Shown piece by piece: positions 17,408 through 28,285 of a stretch of 64,000 nucleotides of DNA (position 1 is the first letter of the stretch; the number at the start of each line of letters is the position of its first letter). Source of the stretch: an uncultured Oxalicibacterium sp. (GTDB lineage: Bacteria > Pseudomonadota > Gammaproteobacteria > Burkholderiales > Burkholderiaceae_D); the NCBI RefSeq assembly GCF_913776015.1, contig NZ_CAJYMD010000067.1, forward strand, positions 66,274 to 130,273, in the 5' to 3' direction. Below the pieces are notes generated by a model. That model made no database searches. It was given only the letters and a program-made list of their open reading frames with translations, and was not told where the DNA came from. The position numbers and the translations under genes were made by a program.

Positions 17408-18406
17408 ATGCAGCAAGAACTTCGCTTTGCGACTTTCAACGTCTGCAACCTGGCGCTGCCGGGGATGACATTCTACGCCGACCAGCCTCCCTACTCCGAA
17501 GCTGAGTACGAAGCCAAGATCATGTGGATTGCGCAGCAGCTCGACCGCCTCGATGCCGACGTGATCGGCCTGCAGGAAATCTTCGCGCAGACGGCAGTCA
17601 AGGATGTGCTCGCCCGCACGCAGCGTTATCGCGATGCGCACCATGTCGGCATCGATCCCGATCCGCAAGCCGACAAACTCACCCCCAGCGTCGCCCTGAT
17701 TTCGCGCCTGCCGGTTGCACCAGGCGCTGGCGTGGTCACCGACCTGCCCGACAACCTCAGCATCGATATTCCCGGCGTGAACCAGCCCATGCGCCGCTTT
17801 ACCCGCCCCGTGCTGCACGCACAAATCGAAGTTTCATCGGCACTGAGTATCGATGTGTACGTCTGCCACCTGAAATCCAAGCTGCCCGACTTCCGCCACG
17901 ACAAGGACATCGCCCTGCCCGACCTCGCAGGCATGGCCATGCTGCGTTCCCTGATTCGGCGTGGCACCGATGCTTTGGGTCTGCGCTATCTGCTGGCGCG
18001 GCAGTTACGCACCACGCGTCGCCCCATCGTCGTCATGGGCGATTTCAACGATGTCGCCGATGCCATTTCCACGCGCATGGTCATGGGTCTGGGCCGCTAC
18101 GACGCCGCCGACGAAGAACGTATCGACGACCGTCTGTTCGAGAGTTACCGCATCCAGTCGCATCGCGATCCACTACGCGATGTCGGCTATACGCATATCC
18201 ATGACGGCAGCTATGAAACGATCGACCACATCCTCGTTTCCGCCGCCTTCAATCCTGAACTGCCAGGCGCGATCGGCGAAGTGCTCGATGTGCGCTACTT
18301 GAACGACCATATGCTCTTCAAGCAGCCACAGGCGACCGATCACGGGATTGTGCTTGTGCGGGTTGGCTTGTACGACAACGATGTATCGGATTTGCCGTTG
18401 GCGTGA
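17408..18406 (+). CDS. Endonuclease/exonuclease/phosphatase (EEP) family protein
   Basis: TFNVCNL, GLQEI, HLKSK, VMGDFND, IDHILVS, TDH; GGAG RBS before MQQELRF. Confidence 0.88.
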   Translation: MQQELRFATFNVCNLALPGMTFYADQPPYSEAEYEAKIMWIAQQLDRLDADVIGLQEIFAQTAVKDVLARTQRYRDAHHVGIDPDPQADKLTPSVALISRLPVAPGAGVVTDLPDNLSIDIPGVNQPMRRFTRPVLHAQIEVSSALSIDVYVCHLKSKLPDFRHDKDIALPDLAGMAMLRSLIRRGTDALGLRYLLARQLRTTRRPIVVMGDFNDVADAISTRMVMGLGRYDAADEERIDDRLFESYRIQSHRDPLRDVGYTHIHDGSYETIDHILVSAAFNPELPGAIGEVLDVRYLNDHMLFKQPQATDHGIVLVRVGLYDNDVSDLPLA

Positions 18407-18485
18407 CGACGCTTATATCAAGCGATACACAGCTTATTAAAACGACGCACCACACTTTCACGAAAAGTTAGTTCGCAAGACCACT

Positions 18486-19055
18486 ATGAATCCGTACTAC
18501 ATTTATGCACTCAAGGATCCACGAGGCTCTCCTGCTCAACCGTTTTATATCGGTAAGGGCACAGGCAATCGCGCTTGGGAACATACGATTAAGGTTGATC
18601 AAACTTTAAAAGGAAAGCGAATCTCGCAGATTCAGCATGACGGCCACGCAGTAGTTACGACTATTCTTGCTAATGACTTAACAGAGGTACAAGCGCTGAA
18701 ATTGGAAGCAGAACTTATTTCCGCTTTCGGCACCATTTCTAATGGCGGGATTCTTACCAATACCGTTTCTCCTAGCGGACAGACGCAAAAATTCAGAAAA
18801 GATTTAGTGATTCCATCTGGCTCTGTAGAAAAAGCGCAAATCGCTCTTGAACTTCTTAAGGCGACTGTGATGGAACTCGCTCAGGCTAATCCAGAAGGCA
18901 TAACAAATTCTGATGCTTCAAAAGCCTTAGGTCTTCAAAGCGATTACCTCGGAGGTTCCAAAGATTATTTGAGTTGGAGCATATTGGGACTACTCATGAA
19001 AGAAGGAAAAATGGTTCGAGGCGATTCAAGGAAACATAAAGCAACAATCAAATAA
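18486..19055 (+). CDS. GIY-YIG nuclease (LEM-3-like) with probable C-terminal helix-turn-helix domain; low GC
   Basis: YIYALKDPR...FYIGKG..NR...H, E..A..LEAELI, LTN. Hand count gives about 44% GC over 18481-19020 versus roughly 60% in the flanks. Confidence 0.8.
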   Translation: MNPYYIYALKDPRGSPAQPFYIGKGTGNRAWEHTIKVDQTLKGKRISQIQHDGHAVVTTILANDLTEVQALKLEAELISAFGTISNGGILTNTVSPSGQTQKFRKDLVIPSGSVEKAQIALELLKATVMELAQANPEGITNSDASKALGLQSDYLGGSKDYLSWSILGLLMKEGKMVRGDSRKHKATIK

Positions 19056-19079
19056 TTTCCGCGACCAGTATTCGTATAT

Positions 19080-19114
19080 AAAAAGCCCGATTGAAAAATT
19101 CAACCGGGCTTTTT
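19080..19114. terminator. Bidirectional intrinsic terminator (GIY-YIG/katG)
   Basis: aaaaagcccg.ttgaa-aaa-ttcaa.cgggcttttt. Confidence 0.85.
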
Positions 19115-19143
19115 AGAGGAGGAGATATCAGTTCTCGATACGC

Positions 19144-21507
<2,364 letters not shown>

Positions 21508-21519
21508 CTAATAGATAAA

Positions 21520-21556
21520 ATTAAATGTTTCTAATACTTCTATGCATTAAATCTAT
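21520..21556 (-). promoter_or_regulatory. OxyR-like operator upstream of katG
   Basis: Minus strand ATAG-N7-GCAT-N7-TTAG-N7-TAAT, compared with consensus ATAG-N7-CTAT-N7-ATAG-N7-CTAT, inside an AT-rich island. Confidence 0.55.
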
Positions 21557-21748
21557 TAACAAGATTTACTGGCGTCGCAGCAATCCACCGTGCACGTTGA
21601 TGGCATCAATGCGAAAGTCAGTGTAGCGGAGATATCTCATGCATGACGAATCAGGAAACTGTCATGCTATGAATACAAGAACTGCTCTTGGATAACGTCC
21701 CCTACGGCAAGTTGCAGAAAAAATGCGGTTGGCGAGCGCCGTAAAATG

Positions 21749-22711
21749 CTAGCCGCGTGGATGATGCTGCTTGTGCAGCAATTTCAGACGCTCACGCGCG
21801 ACATGGGTATACACCTGCGTCGTCGAAATATCTGCATGGCCGAGCAAGAGCTGCACCACGCGCAAATCGGCACCGTGATTGAGAAGGTGGGTCGCGAAGG
21901 CATGGCGCAACGTGTGCGGCGATAGCGGCGCGTGGATATCTGCTGCCCGAGCGTGCTTCTTGATCAGCGTCCAGAACATTTGCCGCGTCATCGGGCCGCC
22001 GCGTGCCGTCACGAACAGCGCATCGGCAATCTGCCCCTCAAGGATAGCCGGGCGCGCTTCTTTCATATAGCGTTCGATCCAGGTTCGCGCTTCCTCGCCG
22101 AAGGGAATCAGTCGCGTCTTGCTGCCCTTGCCGGTCACGCGTAGCACGCCTTCATTCATGCCGACTTCAACGGTCTTGAGCAACACCAGTTCACTGACAC
22201 GCAAACCACTCGCATACATAAGCTCCAGCATGGTGCGATCCCGCAAACCGAGCGGGGTACGCAAATCGGGCGCTGCCAGCAACGCCTCTACCTGCGCCTC
22301 ACTCAGCACCTTGGGAATACGCGGCGGCTGTTTAGCCGAACGCATTGTCACGCATGGGTCGACCGTCATGGCGCGATGGCGAATCGCCAGTTGATAGAAA
22401 CGCTTGAAGACGGCGAGACGCCGATTGGAGGTGGTGGCCTTGGTGTCAGTGTGGCAAGCGAAGAAATAAGCGTTGAGATCCTCGGCCTGCACCTGCTGCA
22501 AATGCTTGCCACGCTGCTGCGCCAGCCAGGTTGCCAGTAAGCGCAAATCGCGGCGATACGCTTCGAGCGTGTTCTTTGACAACCCGTCTTCGAGCCACAA
22601 GGTATCGCAGAAGGCATCGATCTGCGACTGACTTGCCTGCATCGGGGCGTCCATGTCAGCAGTCATCTCACCCGTCTTTTCTGCGTGCTTTTTCGTGCTC
22701 GATGCGGCCAT
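21749..22711 (-). CDS. xerD: Site-specific tyrosine recombinase XerD
   Basis: LWLEDGLSKNTLEAYRRDL, LRDRTMLELMYASGLRVSE, GKGSKTR, SPHTLRHAFATHLLNHGADLR, LGHADISTTQVYT. Start taken at the ATG overlapping the ogt stop (ATGA). Confidence 0.95.
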   Translation of the reverse strand: MAASSTKKHAEKTGEMTADMDAPMQASQSQIDAFCDTLWLEDGLSKNTLEAYRRDLRLLATWLAQQRGKHLQQVQAEDLNAYFFACHTDTKATTSNRRLAVFKRFYQLAIRHRAMTVDPCVTMRSAKQPPRIPKVLSEAQVEALLAAPDLRTPLGLRDRTMLELMYASGLRVSELVLLKTVEVGMNEGVLRVTGKGSKTRLIPFGEEARTWIERYMKEARPAILEGQIADALFVTARGGPMTRQMFWTLIKKHARAADIHAPLSPHTLRHAFATHLLNHGADLRVVQLLLGHADISTTQVYTHVARERLKLLHKQHHPRG

Positions 22712-23211
22712 CAGCAATATCCTGCCACCTGCTCATGCGCCAGCAACCAGCGTTTGACGCCGAGATGAAAGCCCGTTTCATCATCCGAATGCGCAAACCC
22801 GCCGAGACCACCGGCAGCTGTCACGCGGTGGCAGGGAATCACCAACGGAAACCAGTTGGCGCCACAAGCCTGTCCGACCGCGCGCGGTGCCGAGCGAATG
22901 CCGCGGGCAATATCGCCATAGGTCAGAACGTCACCACGCGGAATGGCGGAAATCGCCGCCCAGACTTTCTGCTGAAAGGCTGTGCCCGCTGGCGCCAATG
23001 GCAGATCAAAACGGTAGTCGGGATCAGCAAGGTAACGCGTCAGTTGCTCCGCCGCGCGTTCGGCGACCGCGTCGCTGGCGGCCTTTTCATGAAATGAAGG
23101 AGGCAGATAGACAATTTCGCGAATCAAACCGGCTTCACTCCGCACGCCAACGGCACCGAAGCGTGCTTCGACAATGGCGGAGAACAGCCGATCTTGTTGG
23201 GAAGAACGCAT
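22711..23211 (-). CDS. ogt: Methylated-DNA--protein-cysteine methyltransferase
   Basis: GTAFQQKVW, TYGDIA, RAVGQACGAN, IPCHRV active site. Confidence 0.93.
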   Translation of the reverse strand: MRSSQQDRLFSAIVEARFGAVGVRSEAGLIREIVYLPPSFHEKAASDAVAERAAEQLTRYLADPDYRFDLPLAPAGTAFQQKVWAAISAIPRGDVLTYGDIARGIRSAPRAVGQACGANWFPLVIPCHRVTAAGGLGGFAHSDDETGFHLGVKRWLLAHEQVAGYC

Positions 23212-23244
23212 GAGAAAAGCCGTAACCGGAGAAAGTCACAGCAT

Positions 23245-23279
23245 AAAACAAAAAGGCGCATCGCCGGTACGATGCGCCT
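23245..23279 (-). terminator. Intrinsic terminator about 35 bp upstream of ogt
   Basis: Minus strand AGGCGCATCG-TACCGG-CGATGCGCCT-TTTTGTTTT. Confidence 0.8.
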
Positions 23280-23432
23280 CTCAAATACCACTCTGTATCG
23301 CCGTTGCGTATGGTGTCCATCGCAACTTGTATTCGATACAGGTCTCCTCGCTGATCCCGACATTGATGCCGTGTTGGTTTTAGCTGCTCCCCCTTCTTAG
23401 CTTGCCTGGACAAGCATGAATTCGCAGCGCTT
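23245..23432 (-). ncRNA. Candidate ~190-nt structured small RNA or regulatory leader (family not recognised)
   Basis: Bounded by a sigma70 promoter and an intrinsic terminator, contains several hairpins, and has no convincing ATG-initiated CDS. Confidence 0.45.
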
Positions 23433-23438
23433 GGGGCG

Positions 23439-23467
23439 ATTATAGAAATGGCCAAGATTGAAAGCAA
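23439..23467 (-). promoter_or_regulatory. sigma70 promoter
   Basis: Minus strand TTGCTT-N17-TATAAT. Confidence 0.7.
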
Positions 23468-23567
23468 GAAATAATTCAAAACATTTCATTTGACACGATC
23501 AATGCATGATGGTGGCACTTACCATAAATATGAGAGAAGTTCTGCAAGCCCATGATTTTCAAAACAA

Positions 23568-23596
23568 AAAAGGCACGTCCACAGACGTGCCTTTTT
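23568..23596. terminator. Intrinsic terminator after tctA
   Basis: aaaaggcacgtc-caca-gacgtgcctttt. Confidence 0.8.
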
Positions 23597-23615
23597 CATG
23601 AAATGCAAAGCGGAA

Positions 23616-25118
23616 TCAATCTTCCTTGAACGCCTCTTCGCGTTTTTTACGCAATGACGGCAACAGAACCACGATCAGCGCAATCACGGCCAGCGCCAGC
23701 ATGGTGGCGCTGATAGGACGTTGCAGGAAAACCATCGGATCGCTGCGCGACAACAACAGTGCACGACGCAGATACTCTTCCATCATCGGACCGATGATGA
23801 AGCCCAACAGCATCGGTGCCGGCTCTGCCTGCAGCTTGGCGCAGATATAACCGAACAGACCAAACAGCGCCATCAGATAGACGTCGAAATCGCTATTGTT
23901 CAAACTGAACACGCCGATCGCGCAGAACATCAGAATCGCCGGGAACAGATGATGGTAAGGCACCATGATCATGCGCACCCACAGGCCGATCATCGGCAGG
24001 TTCAGCACGATCAGGAAGAAGTTACCGACCCACATCGAGGCGATCAGACCCCAGAACAGCGTCGGCTGCTCGGTCATCACGGCTGGACCTGGCTGAATGC
24101 CCTGAATGATCATGGCACCGATCATCAGCGCCATCACAGGGTTCGATGGAATACCGAGCGTGAGCATTGGAATGAACGATGTCTGCGCACCGGCGTTGTT
24201 CGCCGATTCCGGTGCCGCCACGCCTTCGATCGCACCCTTGCCAAACTCCTTGGAATTTTTCGATACCTTCTTCTCGATCGAATAGGCAGCGAACGAAGCC
24301 AGCATCGCACCGCCGCCCGGCAGAATACCGAGGGCTGAACCGAGCACCGTGCCACGCAGTACCGGCGCGATGATGCGCTTGAAATCTTCCTTCGCCAGCA
24401 TCAGGCCCGAAACCTTCTTCATGACCAGCGTGCGACCTTCCTCGTGTTCGAGGTTGCGGATGATTTCACCAAGACCGAACATCCCCATCGCCACGATCAC
24501 GAAGTTGATGCCATCGGCCAGTTCGGGCGTATCGAAGGTATAGCGTGCCGTACCGGTATTCACATCAGAGCCGACCAGACCCAGCAGCAGGCCCAGAATC
24601 ACCATGCCGATCGCATTGAGCAAGGAACCGCTCGCCAGCACGACCGATGCCACCAGACCCAGCACCATCAGGGAGAAATACTCGGCAGGACCGAACTTCA
24701 ACGCAAGATCAGCCAGCGGCGGCGCAAACAGTGCCAACAGCAGCGTTGCCACCGTACCTGCGAAGAACGAGCCAATCGCAGCGGTAGCCAGCGCCTTGCC
24801 GGCACGACCGTTACGCGCCATCTGATAACCATCGATTGCGGTCACGACCGAGGAAGACTCACCTGGCAAATTCACCAGAATGGCCGTGGTCGAACCACCG
24901 TATTGCGCACCGTAATAAATGCCGGCCAGCATGATGAGTGCCGAAATCGGTGGCAAGCCAAAGGTGGCTGGCAACAGCATGGCAATGGTGGCAATCGGCC
25001 CCAAGCCTGGCAAGACGCCAACGGCCGTACCGATAAAGACGCCGAACAGGCAGTAGCCCAGATTAGCGAGCGTCAGCGCGGTATCGAAACCCAGCGCGAG
25101 ATTATTGAACAGTTCCAT
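23616..25118 (-). CDS. tctA: Tripartite tricarboxylate transporter large membrane subunit
   Basis: [42 protein letters not shown]. Confidence 0.93.
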   Translation of the reverse strand: MELFNNLALGFDTALTLANLGYCLFGVFIGTAVGVLPGLGPIATIAMLLPATFGLPPISALIMLAGIYYGAQYGGSTTAILVNLPGESSSVVTAIDGYQMARNGRAGKALATAAIGSFFAGTVATLLLALFAPPLADLALKFGPAEYFSLMVLGLVASVVLASGSLLNAIGMVILGLLLGLVGSDVNTGTARYTFDTPELADGINFVIVAMGMFGLGEIIRNLEHEEGRTLVMKKVSGLMLAKEDFKRIIAPVLRGTVLGSALGILPGGGAMLASFAAYSIEKKVSKNSKEFGKGAIEGVAAPESANNAGAQTSFIPMLTLGIPSNPVMALMIGAMIIQGIQPGPAVMTEQPTLFWGLIASMWVGNFFLIVLNLPMIGLWVRMIMVPYHHLFPAILMFCAIGVFSLNNSDFDVYLMALFGLFGYICAKLQAEPAPMLLGFIIGPMMEEYLRRALLLSRSDPMVFLQRPISATMLALAVIALIVVLLPSLRKKREEAFKED

Positions 25119-25142
25119 GTTTTTCCTTCTCCGCTTGTCCGA

Positions 25143-25607
25143 TCAACCACCAAACCACGGGCCGATGATTGCCAGTGGCAATCCAAGCGCCTTGATGAAA
25201 ACCAGCACGGCAAAAGCCGTGATGCCGACCGCGACAGCAAGACTGCTGCCGAGTTTGAATTTGGCGCTGGCGAATGCACTGACCATCATCAACAGCATGA
25301 CGGCAATGACCAAACCGCCGCCGCGTACCGTGAAGGCAAACAGAATCACGCCCAGCAACACCAGAATGGTTTCCTTGATCGCGAAACGGCCCATGCGATC
25401 AGGCTCTTCGCGAAAGAAGGAGCGCACAATGGCAATCACGCCTACCAATGCCAGCAACCAGCCAAGCACAGTGGGAAAGTAAGCGGGACCCATGCGGCCT
25501 GCGGTACCCATCGGGTAATCGCGACCGATGATGACCGCAGCCAGTCCGAAGAAGACGAAAATGATTCCCGTCCAGAAGTCTTTGTGATGTTTGATGAATG
25601 ACGGCAC
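25143..25607 (-). CDS. tctB: Tripartite tricarboxylate transporter small membrane subunit
   Basis: Four hydrophobic segments and MGPAYFP; sits between tctC and tctA. Confidence 0.88.
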   Translation of the reverse strand: MPSFIKHHKDFWTGIIFVFFGLAAVIIGRDYPMGTAGRMGPAYFPTVLGWLLALVGVIAIVRSFFREEPDRMGRFAIKETILVLLGVILFAFTVRGGGLVIAVMLLMMVSAFASAKFKLGSSLAVAVGITAFAVLVFIKALGLPLAIIGPWFGG

Positions 25608-25743
25608 GTGCGCCTCCTTGTTTTGAAACTCTTCAGCCGCAATCTCTACACGGACGCCATCTCGGCGTGAAAGATTGGCAGCGCATCACGAAGAAATGCC
25701 GGCATTGCGGGCCGGCACTTCTTCAGATGGAATAGCGGGAAAA

Positions 25744-26721
25744 TCAGTCCGCGTAGACGCCGGCTTTCTTGATGATTGGCGCCCATTTCGCGATCTCTGC
25801 CTTCAGATGCGCACGCAGCGCTTCGGGCGTGGCTTTGTCGCTTGCCACCGGCTCGGTACCGAGATCGGCAAAACGCTGAATGACGGCAGGATCTTTCAGG
25901 GCAGCCTTGAGCGCGGTCGACAATGCATCAACTACTGGCTTCGGCGTACCTTTTGGTGCATACAAACCGTGCCAGACGGCCACTTCAAAGCCAGGCAGAC
26001 CAGCTTCGTTCATGGTTGGCAGGTTTGGCAGCGATGGCACGCGTGTCTTGGTGGTCACGGCATACGCCTTCACCTTGCCGCTCTTGATCTGGCTGGTGGT
26101 GTTGGTGGTCTGATCGCACATGAAATCAACCTGGCCGCCGAGGATATCGTTCATCGCAGGACCGGTGCCCTTGTAGGGAACCGTGGTCAACTCGGTATCG
26201 ATCGCCGTCATAAACAGCATGCCGCACAGATGCGAGGCCGAACCCACGCCCGCGTTGGCATAAGTGACGTTTGCCTTGTGCGCCTTGACGTAGGTCAGCA
26301 GTTCCTTGAAGTCCTTGGCTGGGAAATTCGCACGGGCGATGAAGGTCATCGGCACATCGGTGATCAGGCCGATCGGCTCGAAATCGTCGACGGCGTTGTA
26401 GCTGAGTTTGCGATACAGCGAAGGCGCGGTCGACATGCCGATGTGATGCAGGAACAAGGTGTAACCGTCGTTCGGCGATTTCGCTACACGCGCAGCACCG
26501 ATCGTGCCACCGGCGCCACCGACGTTTTCGACGATGATGGTTTGCTTGAGCGAATTGCCCATCGACTGGGCGACCAGACGTGCCACCGTATCGGTAGGGC
26601 CGCCGGCTGCAAACGGCACGACCATGGTGATCGGCTTGTTCGGATAATTTTGGGCAGAAGCGCCAAAGGCACTGGCAAGCAATGTGAGTCCGGCCAGCGT
26701 CTTGAGGATCTTGTTACGCAT
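25744..26721 (-). CDS. tctC: Bug/TctC-family substrate-binding protein
   Basis: Signal peptide, YPNKPITMVVPFAAGGPTD, ENVGGAGG, VPYKGTGPA, DILGGQVD. Confidence 0.92.
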   Translation of the reverse strand: MRNKILKTLAGLTLLASAFGASAQNYPNKPITMVVPFAAGGPTDTVARLVAQSMGNSLKQTIIVENVGGAGGTIGAARVAKSPNDGYTLFLHHIGMSTAPSLYRKLSYNAVDDFEPIGLITDVPMTFIARANFPAKDFKELLTYVKAHKANVTYANAGVGSASHLCGMLFMTAIDTELTTVPYKGTGPAMNDILGGQVDFMCDQTTNTTSQIKSGKVKAYAVTTKTRVPSLPNLPTMNEAGLPGFEVAVWHGLYAPKGTPKPVVDALSTALKAALKDPAVIQRFADLGTEPVASDKATPEALRAHLKAEIAKWAPIIKKAGVYAD

Positions 26722-27061
26722 GTGATGTCTCCTGAATTGGATTTATTTTGGGATCGTGGATGGACGACGATCGCGACGCCATCTGCCTTTTTGCCTTGAC
26801 GGGTCATGCCGACATAACGATTTGAATCAAACAGATATGTCAGCTGCCCGCTATAGCACCTTCAATCGCGCCTCATTTTATGAATGGAACCTTTCACGAG
26901 GCTTGCGTGAGCCAAGACTAACCATTTTATTTGTAGCCCGCAACAAAGTTTACGCAGGGAACCATGACAGTGTCGCGCATCGACAAAGTAAAAAAGCCGC
27001 TTGTAAACAGGGGGAATGGATGGTGCGCCGTGATCGCGCATCATCTAATAGGGGATAACAC

Positions 27062-28078
27062 TTACTCCGAAGGACGAATGCGGCTTGCTTCCGTATAGAC
27101 AGCGGAAACAATCGCCTTGCCGATACGGTTTTCCAGATCCGTGCGGACTGGCTGCAAGGCTTGTCGCCATGCCTGCTCTTCGCTACTCGTCAGGACATGA
27201 ATACGCAGATTGGGATTTTTTCTCAGGAGCGAGAGGGCATGGGCATTGTCCTGCTCCACCAGATCGTTCCCGTAAGCCGTGGCTTCGCGCATGGCGCGCT
27301 CGATGATGGTGCGCGAAGTCGAAGGCAGGTTGTCCCAGAATTTCTTGTTGACGACGACGGCACTGCCCATGTAACCGTGATTGGACACAGTGAGATTCGT
27401 CTGTACCTCATCCAGCTTGCGCGTGTAGATGCTCAAGGGAATGCCCTCACTGCCATCAATCAGCTTCGCCTTCATCGCCAGATGAATCTGCTTGCTTTCG
27501 ATGATTTGCGACGTGGCGCCGAGCACATCCATCTGCTTGTCAAGCACGCGCGAGGGATAGATGCGCATTTTCATGCCGACGAAATCCGCAGGCATGCGCA
27601 TGGGCCGATTGCCCGTCATGACCTTGAAGCCATTATTCCAGTAAGCCAGGCCAACCATCCCCTTGCTTTCAACCTTCTTCAACATGGCCTTACCGATCGG
27701 ACCATCCGTGACCCGCGACACCATCGTGCGATCACGGAACAGGAAAGGCAGATCAAAGACTTCGAATTCCTGGATGCCGAATTGCGAAAGGCGTGACAGC
27801 GTGGGTGCGGCCATCTGGATGGCGCCGAGTTGCAGCGCTTCCAGCTCGTCGGTTTCTTTATATAACAGGTTGTTGGGATAGACATCGACGCGAATGCGAC
27901 GCTGACTTGCTTGCTCGACGATTTCCTTGAAGCGTTGTGCGGCCTTCGCCTTTGGCGTATCGATTTCAGCGACCAGACTGAACTTGATGACGGTGGTAGT
28001 TTGCGCAGATACGGTTGCACTGACCAGTAACAGCAACAGGCCGAGCACAAACAGATGCAAATTCCTTGCTATTTTCAT
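27062..28078 (-). CDS. dctP: TRAP-type substrate-binding protein (DctP family), no DctQM adjacent
   Basis: Signal peptide, DTPK, ELEALQLG, FDLPFLF, YWNNGFK, KMRI with the conserved carboxylate-binding Arg. Confidence 0.85.
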   Translation of the reverse strand: MKIARNLHLFVLGLLLLLVSATVSAQTTTVIKFSLVAEIDTPKAKAAQRFKEIVEQASQRRIRVDVYPNNLLYKETDELEALQLGAIQMAAPTLSRLSQFGIQEFEVFDLPFLFRDRTMVSRVTDGPIGKAMLKKVESKGMVGLAYWNNGFKVMTGNRPMRMPADFVGMKMRIYPSRVLDKQMDVLGATSQIIESKQIHLAMKAKLIDGSEGIPLSIYTRKLDEVQTNLTVSNHGYMGSAVVVNKKFWDNLPSTSRTIIERAMREATAYGNDLVEQDNAHALSLLRKNPNLRIHVLTSSEEQAWRQALQPVRTDLENRIGKAIVSAVYTEASRIRPSE

Positions 28079-28285
28079 GCGCGAAATGGGGAGTCTCGAA
28101 TTATAGTTTTGTTGGTACTATGCGCAGTCGCCTGAACGGTCACAAGTGTGGAAAACCGCAGACACTAGGATCGCATGCATTACAAGCGTATCGTGACGCC
28201 TGCATGAACCATACCGCGATGCCTCGGGTCATGCAATGCCTTCCCGCAACAAGCGTATCGGGCCATGTGCCTTTCGCCTATTCCT

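Noticed and set aside
18407-19143. Integron cassette or IS origin for the GIY-YIG gene (GTTAGTT upstream)
   Set aside because: Not a GTTRRRY match, no RYYYAAC/attC after the stop, and no terminal inverted repeats or target duplication seen
21639-21695. 18-codon ORF MHDESGNCHAMNTRTALG with GGAG upstream
   Set aside because: Very short, no distinctive composition, and lies in the katG regulatory gap; insufficient support
23335-23400. yybP-ykoY (Mn2+) riboswitch, SAH riboswitch or SRP RNA identity for the candidate RNA (GGGGAGCAGC...GAGACC; CCAGG...AGCAGC)
   Set aside because: The segments between the matching words are too short or cannot pair as required, and the downstream genes do not fit. 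An Rfam scan would settle it.
23124-23479. Track ORFs of 68-114 aa across the ogt-tctA gap
   Set aside because: They cross the promoter and terminator elements, lack an RBS and have non-protein-like composition
23487-23515. dif-like site near xerD (ATTTGACA...)
   Set aside because: Only 8 bp match the XerD arm; the central region and XerC arm do not match
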